A stretch of 50,731 bases of DNA from a phage: the sequence record PZ445412.1; one strand, 5' to 3'. The position numbers and the translations under genes are program-made. This document shows positions 37,268 through 44,930 of the stretch, piece by piece (within the stretch, counting starts at the first letter, position 1; the number at the start of each line of letters is the position of its first letter). The notes under the pieces are model-generated. The model ran no database searches. It was not told where the DNA came from and worked only from the letters and a program-made list of their open reading frames with translations.

Positions 37268-37318
37268 CTAAAAATCTCCTTCTTGTTGCCGCTAATTATA
37301 ACGGCAACATTCTACAGC

Positions 37319-37340
37319 CTTTTAGCAATTCGTGCTATTT
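37319..37340 (-). promoter_or_regulatory. conserved box (GAATTG type) plus hairpin element
   Basis: Reverse complement AAATAGCACGAATTGCTAAAAG; hairpin TGTTGCCG-ttataatta-CGGCAACA with TATAAT in the loop. Confidence 0.6.
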
Positions 37341-37583
37341 GATCGGCTCAACCCTGGCTAATAACTTTCCATCTATAATGCTATGACATTCAAGAGTTTT
37401 AGGATCGAATGCAAGCGAACGATGGAACGTATGACCAATCAGAAAATATGAATGCTTATCCCTGATGCGATAGACCGTTTCACCTTCCTTTAATGAAGAT
37501 ATCTCACTGAAAACAACCTTGTAACGGTATTTTTGCATGGCCTCAGAACGGTGAGGAATGTAATCTTTTTCCGGTAAACTCAT
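37335..37583 (-). CDS. hypothetical protein
   Basis: 82-aa ORF, start overlapping upstream gene stop. Confidence 0.4.
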   Translation of the reverse strand: MSLPEKDYIPHRSEAMQKYRYKVVFSEISSLKEGETVYRIRDKHSYFLIGHTFHRSLAFDPKTLECHSIIDGKLLARVEPIK

Positions 37584-37942
37584 GAGTATTTGGCCTCAAA
37601 CAGATAAGCACCGCCAGCGGCTGAAAATCCAACTTCTTCCCGATACAGCGTGAAACGATCGCCGTTTTCGTCGAACACGTATCCAGCAACAGCACCTAAC
37701 ACGCGCCCTTGTTCGATCTGATAACGCTTATCGGCCTTGAAAGTTTTCTTGATCTGCATGGAGTGATTTACCCATTTGCAAAGGATTGTTTTTGTCTTGA
37801 CTTGACGGAAAGTCATTCCGGTTAAATTGGCGTGAATCCATTTCCCATCTAACTTAACGAAAGTATCATCATTTTCATCAACGCGTGCCTTGTATAGACG
37901 GTTATCAGATCCGATAAGTTTAATTGATTTGAATTTAGCCAT
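37580..37942 (-). CDS. hypothetical protein
   Basis: Start MAKFKSIK at 37942 with RBS AGGAGA; six-frame ORF extension (to 38035) runs through the box. Confidence 0.45.
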   Translation of the reverse strand: MAKFKSIKLIGSDNRLYKARVDENDDTFVKLDGKWIHANLTGMTFRQVKTKTILCKWVNHSMQIKKTFKADKRYQIEQGRVLGAVAGYVFDENGDRFTLYREEVGFSAAGGAYLFEAKYS

Positions 37943-37997
37943 TTGATTTATCTCCTTTTGTTTCGACGAGTGCATTATGCCGGATTCTAGATCCGGC

Positions 37998-38019
37998 GTT
38001 TTAACAAAAAGTGCTATTT
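37998..38019 (-). promoter_or_regulatory. conserved 22-bp box plus hairpin element
   Basis: Reverse complement AAATAGCACTTTTTGTTAAAAC; hairpin GCCGGAT-ctaga-ATCCGGC; CATAATGCAC; TCGAAAC. Confidence 0.6.
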
Positions 38020-38709
38020 CTGATTTGCCAGGCATACAGCAAGCGCAAAGCCGCGCGGAGTGAGTGAGCGGATCAGCTTTGTGCGCTTAGACTTGCCGCC
38101 GAGCTTTTGCCAGCCTGGATTGTTGTTCCCTGTTGGCAATACTGCGTTTGTATCCGGCATCACAAAGCCGTTACCCGTCCAAAGACAAGTTTTTTTGGTG
38201 TACGCATCGCGAGCGGGAATGATTTCAGGAAAGTGAGGATGTTTATCATCTTCCGGCAATAGACCGCCAAACGCGCAAGGATGAAATATAAAATCAGGTT
38301 GCCGCCACATCGACGACAGGACGCTAACAGGATTCTCGATCATGTATGGCACATTGAACCAATCCGCAATTTCAGCCGCAATCTTGCATGTTGAAACGGC
38401 CTTATCCTGGAATAGCGGATCACGTTCACGCTTTGCGGCAAAGTGACGCGAACCGCTAACAGCTAAATCAGTGCATGGAGGAAATGCAATCACAAAATCA
38501 GGCTTTCCGTAAACCTCATTGCGAGCCTTAAAGCTGAAATCTGAATCAATCCAAACGTTTACATACTCAATGTTGGGATGACTTACGCGCACTGAATGGT
38601 AATCACCATGATCGGCATCATCATAATTGAAACAGATTACTTTGTGACCACGTTCAGCCCACGGCAACGCATCATAACCGGAACCGCTAAAAAGAGAAAA
38701 AACTAACAT
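38014..38709 (-). CDS. putative C5-cytosine DNA methyltransferase-like protein (short)
   Basis: LFSGSG (motif I-like), FPPC with catalytic-type Cys, IENP (ENV-like); start MLVFSLF at 38709 with RBS AAGGAT; only about 231 aa. Confidence 0.35.
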   Translation of the reverse strand: MLVFSLFSGSGYDALPWAERGHKVICFNYDDADHGDYHSVRVSHPNIEYVNVWIDSDFSFKARNEVYGKPDFVIAFPPCTDLAVSGSRHFAAKRERDPLFQDKAVSTCKIAAEIADWFNVPYMIENPVSVLSSMWRQPDFIFHPCAFGGLLPEDDKHPHFPEIIPARDAYTKKTCLWTGNGFVMPDTNAVLPTGNNNPGWQKLGGKSKRTKLIRSLTPRGFALAVCLANQK

Positions 38710-38816
38710 ACTTAAATCCTTTGTGTATGGCCTTGTAAGGCGTTTTGTTTGGTGGTGTCGCAACTGTATTGGTTGCGACCTGAAATCGCGACACGATGCG
38801 AAACAGGCCGCTAATT

Positions 38817-39053
38817 TTAGAATGGGAAACAGCGCTTGCAAGATGGATCGAAGTTACAACCGCAATCATTGATTATTGCATTAGGATCAGCAAGCATCAC
38901 GCTACTTTCTTGATCCATATCCATAGCGCCTAATGCGTCATCAAGCGTTATTTCAAGATAGGCAACTTTGAGCGCCCACTCTTTGTTAAGTCCAGCCGCC
39001 TCCGCTTCATGTAGGCGAGCAAAGAAAGCATCTTGAACCATGATTAACTCCAT
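38817..39053 (-). CDS. hypothetical protein
   Basis: 78-aa ORF in leftward operon. Confidence 0.4.
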   Translation of the reverse strand: MELIMVQDAFFARLHEAEAAGLNKEWALKVAYLEITLDDALGAMDMDQESSVMLADPNAIINDCGCNFDPSCKRCFPF

Positions 39054-39265
39054 TTCTCGATCAGGAAAGAAAGATCATCAACAAGCGCGTAAGCATCGCT
39101 TTCAGTCATGCGTCGGATTTTGCCTCCTGGATGTTCGCCCACAGCGTAACCAGTTTTTACGCGGGTAATCGTTAACTGATGGAATCCAGAAGCGCGATCC
39201 ATTTTCAAAACTACTTTCCCGTGAGCTTTGACAATGTTCATGATGGATTCAGTTTTCAGTTTCAT
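39044..39265 (-). CDS. hypothetical protein
   Basis: 73 aa; preceded by GAATTG-type box 39320-39343. Confidence 0.45.
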   Translation of the reverse strand: MKLKTESIMNIVKAHGKVVLKMDRASGFHQLTITRVKTGYAVGEHPGGKIRRMTESDAYALVDDLSFLIEKWS

Positions 39266-39319
39266 TTTTGATTCTCCATTTTGTTTGTGTGAAAGTATGA
39301 TACCAATCAGAGCGATATC

Positions 39320-39343
39320 GTTTTTAGCAATTCGTGCTATTTA
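39320..39343 (-). promoter_or_regulatory. conserved box (GAATTG type)
   Basis: Reverse complement AAATAGCACGAATTGCTAAAAAC; followed by TGGTATCATACT. Confidence 0.5.
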
Positions 39344-39487
39344 CGGCGATAAACGGATATCCTGTTAAATCTGCGGGTCTGTATTTCTTGTGCGGCCTCC
39401 ACCAATTAACATCTTTTGACAGCATGAAAACCTTGTTGCCGACAATTTGATAAAAGCAACCATTTTCCACATTCTTAAACAGATTTT

Positions 39488-39721
39488 TCACAACCTAACC
39501 TCATGATATTCGATGAATTCTTGCACATATGAGCATTCTCGCGGCGACTCCTGGCCTTTTAGAACTTCACAACCACCATTGAACAGATAGCAGTGCTGGC
39601 AAAGGTTGCCGCCCACGTTTTCCTCAGCGATCTGAATTCCGGTACACAAACCGCCACCAAACCTATGAGGAAAATCGTAAGCCTGGCAGCGGCACGTTGC
39701 TTGATGCCGCTTACGTTTCAT
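39488..39721 (-). CDS. hypothetical Cys-rich (zinc-binding-like) protein
   Basis: 77 aa with about 9 Cys (CRC...C...CxxC...C...C). Confidence 0.4.
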   Translation of the reverse strand: MKRKRHQATCRCQAYDFPHRFGGGLCTGIQIAEENVGGNLCQHCYLFNGGCEVLKGQESPRECSYVQEFIEYHEVRL

Positions 39722-39990
39722 TAGATGTTCTCGCTAATAAACTGGATAACCTGGCGAAGATGTTTTTCATCCTTAATTGTCGCTGGTAATTCTTCCTTAA
39801 CTTCTTGGCTTAGATAGATATTACCTTTCCATGTAAAACTACCATCATCATTAATGTAATAAGAGCAAAGCCATTCGCAATCATTATCAGCCTCCCAAAT
39901 GCACAATACATCCATATCATTAAATTGCTCAACGCTTAACTCAATGCCACGTTTGCCAGCGAAGTTAGTAGTTGTTTTTGATACCATCAT
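39721..39990 (-). CDS. hypothetical protein
   Basis: 89 aa; preceded by box 40045-40067 and TCGAAACGAACCGGAG leader. Confidence 0.45.
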   Translation of the reverse strand: MMVSKTTTNFAGKRGIELSVEQFNDMDVLCIWEADNDCEWLCSYYINDDGSFTWKGNIYLSQEVKEELPATIKDEKHLRQVIQFISENI

Positions 39991-40044
39991 TTTTAGATTC
40001 TCCGGTTCGTTTCGATGAATGTATTATGCCAAAACAAACCGGAT

Positions 40045-40067
40045 CGCTTTTAACAAAAAGTGCTATT
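40045..40067 (-). promoter_or_regulatory. conserved 22-bp box element
   Basis: Box then GGCATAATACA and TCATCGAAACGAACCGGAG leader. Confidence 0.55.
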
Positions 40068-40261
40068 TAGTCAGATTCCATTACGATGACCGGATCAAGA
40101 CGTTCAAGCACGACTTTGAAATCTGCGTAAAAAGTCGGGCGGCGTTTTGTCAATTCCTCATAGGTATCAGTTGCCAGGCAAGCGTGATCACCTTCATAGC
40201 ACACAACGCGTTTACCGTTGGCGCGGCTGATTGCAACCACGCGGTAAGTGTTCTTGCTCAT
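40067..40261 (-). CDS. hypothetical protein
   Basis: 64-aa ORF, coupled to neighbours. Confidence 0.4.
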   Translation of the reverse strand: MSKNTYRVVAISRANGKRVVCYEGDHACLATDTYEELTKRRPTFYADFKVVLERLDPVIVMESD

Positions 40262-40491
40262 GAAATCACCTCAATTTCGCAAAGATGATCGACGCCAGGC
40301 GCATAAACCCCGCTTTTATCATTAGTGACGCAGAGGCAAAGAGACAATCCGCGATTATCAACGATGTGCAGCCAATCCATGCGGGTATAAAGAATTTCGT
40401 ATTCGCGCTCACTGTCAAAAGTCCAAACGCCAATGAATTCACCAAGCGCCTTAACTCTTACCTTCTTGCCTACAAATTTTTGATCGTTCAT
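40258..40491 (-). CDS. hypothetical protein
   Basis: 77-aa ORF, ATGA overlap with upstream gene. Confidence 0.4.
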   Translation of the reverse strand: MNDQKFVGKKVRVKALGEFIGVWTFDSEREYEILYTRMDWLHIVDNRGLSLCLCVTNDKSGVYAPGVDHLCEIEVIS

Positions 40492-40713
40492 TTATTCATC
40501 CTCAACAGTTTCAAACACGGTATTAAATGCCAGAAGTTTAAATTTCTTGCCAGGCTCAACAACCTGAATATTCCAGGTAATTCCGCCGTGATATGCGACC
40601 ATATCATCAATATCGACGGTGATTTGTGCGCCCTTCTTGAATAAACCTTTCTCATGAGTAGCGTCACGTTCAGTAACTACAGTTTCGAATTGCGTTTGTT
40701 GTTCAAAGTTCAT
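40492..40713 (-). CDS. hypothetical protein
   Basis: 73 aa; preceded by box 40769-40790, hairpin and CAACCAATCAGGAG leader. Confidence 0.45.
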   Translation of the reverse strand: MNFEQQTQFETVVTERDATHEKGLFKKGAQITVDIDDMVAYHGGITWNIQVVEPGKKFKLLAFNTVFETVEDE

Positions 40714-40768
40714 CGTTGATTCTCCTGATTGGTTGATGCGTGTATTATGCCGGAATTAGATCCGGCAC

Positions 40769-40790
40769 GTTTAACAAAAAGTGCTATTTC
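40769..40790 (-). promoter_or_regulatory. conserved 22-bp box plus hairpin element
   Basis: Box; hairpin GTGCCGGA-tctaat-TCCGGCAC; ATAATACACGCATCAACCAATCAGGAG. Confidence 0.6.
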
Positions 40791-40933
40791 AAAACACAAA
40801 ATGCCCTGGCGCTAAAAGTATTATCTTTGACTATTTGCCGCGCCTCCAGGCAACGAGCTTTGCTGTGAAATTCTTGCGTTGTTACCGCCTCACCTTGCAT
40901 TGTTTGAAGCGCAATAATTAGCACGTAAATCAT
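40784..40933 (-). CDS. hypothetical small protein (49 aa)
   Basis: ATG overlaps stop of upstream gene (ATGA); its TAG stop is embedded in box 40769-40790; below the 60-aa track cutoff. Confidence 0.35.
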   Translation of the reverse strand: MIYVLIIALQTMQGEAVTTQEFHSKARCLEARQIVKDNTFSARAFCVLK

Positions 40934-41169
40934 TTTTCCTTTCCTTCATTGTATGTAAGGTTAATGTGAATTGATGCACTTCCGACAATTTCAGCGGTTC
41001 CAATCTCAACCATGTATATCAATTCATGGCGGCTAAATGATGTGTACGCAGGGAAGCCGTCAACAATGCGCATAACCGGAAGTTCACTGTATTTTGTGTT
41101 AGGCACTGCATATTCATTGCCAGTGCTCTTAATGCGTATAAGAATCATTTTATTCTCCCACGATCCCAA
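40930..41169 (-). CDS. hypothetical protein
   Basis: 79-aa ORF. Confidence 0.4.
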   Translation of the reverse strand: MGSWENKMILIRIKSTGNEYAVPNTKYSELPVMRIVDGFPAYTSFSRHELIYMVEIGTAEIVGSASIHINLTYNEGKEK

Positions 41170-41434
41170 AGATAGAAATTATTGAGTTTGTACGACTCCG
41201 GCGATACTTGCGCATAACAAACGTTAAGTTTTCGCCTTGCTGATGACCTAGCGTGATCGGCATTTCAGAACCATCACCGAATTCATCACCAATCTTTTTT
41301 GGCTTTTCTCGCCACGCGCAAATAAAACCAAATTTATCACGCGTGATATAGCGGTATATGTTAGGAAGGGGCAATTTCAACCCCTCGAAATCAACCTGTT
41401 GCGTGTAACTGCGAAAATTAAGCGTGGAATTCAT
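41150..41434 (-). CDS. hypothetical protein
   Basis: 94-aa ORF. Confidence 0.4.
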   Translation of the reverse strand: MNSTLNFRSYTQQVDFEGLKLPLPNIYRYITRDKFGFICAWREKPKKIGDEFGDGSEMPITLGHQQGENLTFVMRKYRRSRTNSIISIFGIVGE

Positions 41435-41573
41435 ACATCACCTCACCAAATTCACCAACGATTTGAGCCTTATAAAAACCGCCTTTACTTGCAATGTTAT
41501 ATGCTGCGTGCATTGGCATTTCGAATTGTTCAGCTTTGCTGTTTTCGTGCTCCCAGGTAATCAGTACGACCAT
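41418..41573 (-). CDS. hypothetical small protein, first gene of leftward operon
   Basis: Start MVVLITWEHE at 41573 with RBS GAGGAT after box 41629-41650. Confidence 0.4.
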   Translation of the reverse strand: MVVLITWEHENSKAEQFEMPMHAAYNIASKGGFYKAQIVGEFGEVMYEFHA

Positions 41574-41628
41574 TTTGTAATCCTCAATTCGTTTCGATGA
41601 AGTAATCATAGCAATTCGTGACTGATTG

Positions 41629-41650
41629 GTTTTAACAAAAAGTGCTATTC
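41629..41650 (-). promoter_or_regulatory. conserved 22-bp box, first element of leftward operon
   Basis: Box followed by CCAATCAG, CACGAATTGCTA and TCATCGAAACGAATTGAGG. Confidence 0.55.
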
Positions 41651-41656
41651 ATGCGA

Positions 41657-41684
41657 TAGACCGATTGGTCTAGACCGTTTGGTC
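41657..41684. promoter_or_regulatory. two abutting 14-bp palindromes (operator-like)
   Basis: AGACCGATTGGTCT and AGACCGTTTGGTCT just upstream of the first leftward box. Confidence 0.55.
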
Positions 41685-41721
41685 TAATGAACACATCGTT
41701 TTCTGTATCGAACGGATTCAC

Positions 41722-41815
41722 GATCACGTTATGCGATCACAATATGATCATGTTGATGATTGATGTGTGAGTTGATTTGATTTTATTTGATGGGATTTGA
41801 TTAGATTTGAGTAGC
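41722..41815. repeat. GATC cluster plus 10-bp-phased ATTTGA iterons (candidate origin or protein-binding array)
   Basis: Three GATC within 30 bp; ATTTGA at 41775, 41785, 41795, 41805 with exact 10-bp spacing. Confidence 0.6.
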
Positions 41816-42248
41816 TAGTGAGCAGAAATAATCACACCTTGCCGATCAGAGAAAACTTTTCCCGCAAAACATCACTCCAGGCTAGCTCTTGTCTCAATCT
41901 GTTTTCTGCTGTCTCAATTCGCACATTCCGCAAAAAAGCGAAACGGTTCACAAACAGAAAGAACAAATAAATCACCTATATAATAATAATAAAATCAACT
42001 AGTTAGTTATATATATCTATTTATGGTTATATATCTGTCTTAGTTGTTCTGTCTATATAGGCATACCCTGGTATATTTCAATTTATATATTGATATTGGT
42101 ATCTATGGGTATATATATCTATATATGCTCGATTTCCGGCGCAAACTGGTGAACAGGCGAAAAAGACAAGCGTTTTCATTGCTTTGCGTTGAAATTTGTC
42201 TCAAATCGCATATTGAAATGTATTAAGAACCAAAAGAACTTGACACGT

Positions 42249-42275
42249 TATAGAACAAGTTATAACATTCACGGC
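42249..42275 (+). promoter_or_regulatory. sigma70-like promoter candidate for rightward early genes
   Basis: TTGACA, 15-nt spacer, TATAAC; followed by ACCAATCAGGAGG leader. Confidence 0.35.
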
Positions 42276-42304
42276 GTACCAAAAACCAATCAGGAGGAAA
42301 AACA

Positions 42305-42760
42305 ATGGAAGAATTCGACTACATCCCAATGAAAGATTTCTGCAACGGCCTACGCGAAAAGGCAAAGAGCATTGCAGAAGGTGAACCACTAGTGATCCCG
42401 TTGGCTATGCTGGTTCAAAAACTGCATCCAGAAGATGCGAGAAAGGTTACAGCCAGCTACATAAGAACCATCCTTGTGCGCACACCTGAAATCAAAGAGA
42501 AAGGAAGCGTGAGCATCAAGAAGTGCAATTGCCCGGATCGCGGTGAATACCTTGAAGTGACGCTCAACGAAAACAAAAAGCGTCGAGTGATCACAAGTGA
42601 CGACCTTCCAGCAATCAAGGAGGCGGCTGTAAGTAGCGCTTTCGAGAAGTTTATGCACATTCAGCCTGACGTTACAGATCTTGAAGGTGATCAGTTAGTT
42701 GGTGCTACTGTAGCGTTGCGCCGCATGAAAAATCTGATTAAGTCAATGATTAAGGGGTGA
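42305..42760 (+). CDS. hypothetical protein, first gene of rightward early block
   Basis: 151 aa; RBS CAGGAGGA; TTGACA promoter-like hexamer upstream at 42249. Confidence 0.5.
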   Translation: MEEFDYIPMKDFCNGLREKAKSIAEGEPLVIPLAMLVQKLHPEDARKVTASYIRTILVRTPEIKEKGSVSIKKCNCPDRGEYLEVTLNENKKRRVITSDDLPAIKEAAVSSAFEKFMHIQPDVTDLEGDQLVGATVALRRMKNLIKSMIKG

Positions 42761-43047
42761 TGAAAATGAAAATGTCTAAAATAGACTCACTAGCAAAGGT
42801 GATTGCCGAGGAATTGCGAGATCAGAGCGTTAGTGATTCAGATTGGAATATCCTAAAAGAAAACGTTATGCGCCTGTTAGGTAATCGTGTGAGAGTTGTT
42901 TCTGACTACATTGACACGAAAGGCCGAGAATGCACTATGGATGTTGTTTATGTTGCCGGATCGCCAGCGTACCTAACAGCAACAAAAGCTCTCATTGAAA
43001 GCGGAGCTAAATTTACAGTTATTCCGTTGACAGTGACAAAGGGGTGA
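42757..43047 (+). CDS. hypothetical protein
   Basis: 96-aa ORF overlapping upstream stop. Confidence 0.4.
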   Translation: MMKMKMSKIDSLAKVIAEELRDQSVSDSDWNILKENVMRLLGNRVRVVSDYIDTKGRECTMDVVYVAGSPAYLTATKALIESGAKFTVIPLTVTKG

Positions 43048-43051
43048 TGTG

Positions 43052-43153
43052 ATGAATACAAAATACATTGAATTGTGTCTATGCTTGCTTATCCTGGCTT
43101 ATCCTGGCGATTGCGGCAACTTTCGGATCGATGGCTGTTATGATTTTTGTTGA
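43052..43153 (+). CDS. tiny Cys-rich peptide (33 aa); an alternative overlapping TM peptide in another frame ends at 43175
   Basis: ATG 7 nt after RBS-like AAAGGGGTG; alternative frame gives a hydrophobic peptide whose stop overlaps the next ATG. Confidence 0.25.
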   Translation: MNTKYIELCLCLLILAYPGDCGNFRIDGCYDFC

Positions 43154-43171
43154 CGCTATGGACGGCCTAAA

Positions 43172-43279
43172 ATGAAAGCATTCGCCTTTGTCGCTGCAAT
43201 GTGGTGTGTTGTTATTGATAGTCCTGGCGTGGCGCTAGTTGTGTTGGGTCTGATTTTGTTGGGGGTGTTTGATGAATAA
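43172..43279 (+). CDS. tiny single-TM peptide (35 aa)
   Basis: MKAFAFVAAMWCVVIDSPGVALVVLGLILLGVFDE; coupled to neighbours. Confidence 0.35.
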   Translation: MKAFAFVAAMWCVVIDSPGVALVVLGLILLGVFDE

Positions 43280-43385
43280 GAAACTTTTAGATCATGCCGT
43301 GGTGTTCTTTATCGCTGCTGCTGGATTTTCGCTGTTGTCAATTGCTTTTTCAATCCTTGCTTTTGCCGTGTCAATGCTGAAATGA
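43272..43385 (+). CDS. tiny single-TM peptide (37 aa)
   Basis: MNKKLLDHAVVFFIAAAGFSLLSIAFSILAFAVSMLK; ATG overlaps upstream stop. Confidence 0.35.
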   Translation: MNKKLLDHAVVFFIAAAGFSLLSIAFSILAFAVSMLK

Positions 43386-43405
43386 CGGATTACATCCTGA
43401 TTGGT

Positions 43406-43427
43406 AAATAGCACTTTTTGTTAAAAC
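43406..43427 (+). promoter_or_regulatory. conserved 22-bp box plus hairpin element
   Basis: Box; hairpin GGGGT...ACCCC enclosing TTGACATAATT; TCGAAACGAAACGAGG. Confidence 0.6.
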
Positions 43428-43482
43428 TCAATTGGGGTGGTTTGACATAATTACCCCATCGAAACGAAACGAGGAAAATAAA

Positions 43483-43740
43483 ATGTTTGAACTGAAACGC
43501 GTAACTGTTGAGATCCTGAATGATGGCTCTTACGATGGAATGAAACACTTAACCTTCCCGATCCGCATTGAGAATTGCATTGATTATGGTATTGAAGTTG
43601 GAATGGTTGACGTTCCGCTTGATGCACTTATCGCGGCTGGCTATGACAAAGAGAAAGGCCAATGTGCTGATATACCGGATAGCTATGAAAGCGACACGCA
43701 TTTCCCGTTCACATATGGCGAATGCCGGATTGTTGATTGA
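43483..43740 (+). CDS. hypothetical acidic protein
   Basis: Start MFELKRV at 43483 after box, hairpin and TCGAAACGAAACGAGG leader. Confidence 0.45.
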   Translation: MFELKRVTVEILNDGSYDGMKHLTFPIRIENCIDYGIEVGMVDVPLDALIAAGYDKEKGQCADIPDSYESDTHFPFTYGECRIVD

Positions 43741-43812
43741 GGTTATAAAATGAGCAGTTAGCACAATGAGCACGTAATGCAATTCTACCGCCATAGAATA
43801 AAGAAAATTCTC

Positions 43813-43833
43813 AATAGCACGAATTGCTAAAAC
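43813..43833 (+). promoter_or_regulatory. conserved box (GAATTG type)
   Basis: AATAGCACGAATTGCTAAAAC; hairpin GGTAT-agtaatccc-ATACC with TATAGT. Confidence 0.55.
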
Positions 43834-43889
43834 AGAATCTTGGGCTTGCGGTATAGTAATCCCATACCAAACAAATAGAGGATCACAAA

Positions 43890-44204
43890 ATGGAATTAGC
43901 ACGTAACGCGATTTATGGTTTACACCTCAAAGGCGGCAAAGGTTCAACTTATGCGCACCTGTTTCATGTTAACGATCGCGGCCAGGTTGATATTGCAATG
44001 TATGTTGACCAACTGGTTAAAGGTTGTGAGTCCGACAAGTTCAGACCGGACCTGATTGAATACGATCACACATACAGTCATGACCACTGGTTAGATGGTT
44101 ATAAGTTTACAATGCTGGATACCCATGTTATTGACACAGGCAAGTTAACTAATCGAGACTATAAGCGCATGGCTCGAAAGGTAGTTAAACTTAAAGCGCA
44201 ATAG
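43890..44204 (+). CDS. hypothetical protein
   Basis: 104 aa; preceded by GAATTG-type box 43813-43833. Confidence 0.45.
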   Translation: MELARNAIYGLHLKGGKGSTYAHLFHVNDRGQVDIAMYVDQLVKGCESDKFRPDLIEYDHTYSHDHWLDGYKFTMLDTHVIDTGKLTNRDYKRMARKVVKLKAQ

Positions 44205-44219
44205 CACAAAATGTTAAGC
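44200..44219 (+). promoter_or_regulatory. box variant plus hairpin with extended -10
   Basis: AATAGCACAAAATGTTAAGC; hairpin GGTCAT...ATGACC enclosing TGGTATAAT; GCATCAACCAACCAAAGGAG. Confidence 0.55.
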
Positions 44220-44276
44220 GGTCATGTGTCCTGATTGGTATAATGACCGCATCAACCAACCAAAGGAGAAGTAAAA

Positions 44277-44384
44277 ATGTCTAAAGAGTCTATCAAGCAA
44301 TTTCTGAAATACGGTTCTATGATTGTGCTCGCTACCGTTGTGCTGGCTGGCATCGCATATAGCATTATTGAGTTTGCGGGGTAA
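44277..44384 (+). CDS. tiny single-TM peptide (35 aa)
   Basis: MSKESIKQFLKYGSMIVLATVVLAGIAYSIIEFAG; preceded by box variant, hairpin with TGGTATAAT, RBS AAGGAG. Confidence 0.4.
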   Translation: MSKESIKQFLKYGSMIVLATVVLAGIAYSIIEFAG

Positions 44385-44387
44385 TTG

Positions 44388-44930
44388 ATGTTTACGATCA
44401 ACTTATGGGGAAGGGATTATGTTAATCCCTATGTTGTGACAAAACAGCGTTTCGTTATTTTCGACCTGGACGGCACATTGTCAAATGGTGAGCACCGCTT
44501 GCACCTGTTGCCAACGGTTGATTTGCACCTTACTGAAAGCTGGAGTGAGTTTAATCGCGCCGCAAAGGATGATTCACCATTCAGCAATAACATTGCCGTG
44601 TGCAATGCCATGTTTGATGCCGGATACCTGGTTATCATCCTAACAGGTCGAAGTGATGAAGTTGAATCGGAAACACGAGCATGGTTGGCTGAAAACGGCG
44701 TTTCTTTCGATTGGCTGATTATGCGCCGCGCCAGCGATAACCGGAAAGATACCGTAATCAAAGAGGAAGTTTTACGTACTATCGGACTTGATCGCATTGT
44801 CGCATGTTGGGATGACTCACCAAACGTTATTGCACACCTGCGCGGCCTGGGCTTGACGGTTTACCAGGTCATTGACTACGGAGAGCAGTTGCACGATCAC
44901 TTAAAGTCTCACGGAGTGGAGAAGTTATGA
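44388..44930 (+). CDS. HAD-superfamily phosphatase (polynucleotide 3'-phosphatase-like)
   Basis: HAD motif I FDLDGTLS near N-terminus. Confidence 0.5.
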   Translation: MFTINLWGRDYVNPYVVTKQRFVIFDLDGTLSNGEHRLHLLPTVDLHLTESWSEFNRAAKDDSPFSNNIAVCNAMFDAGYLVIILTGRSDEVESETRAWLAENGVSFDWLIMRRASDNRKDTVIKEEVLRTIGLDRIVACWDDSPNVIAHLRGLGLTVYQVIDYGEQLHDHLKSHGVEKL

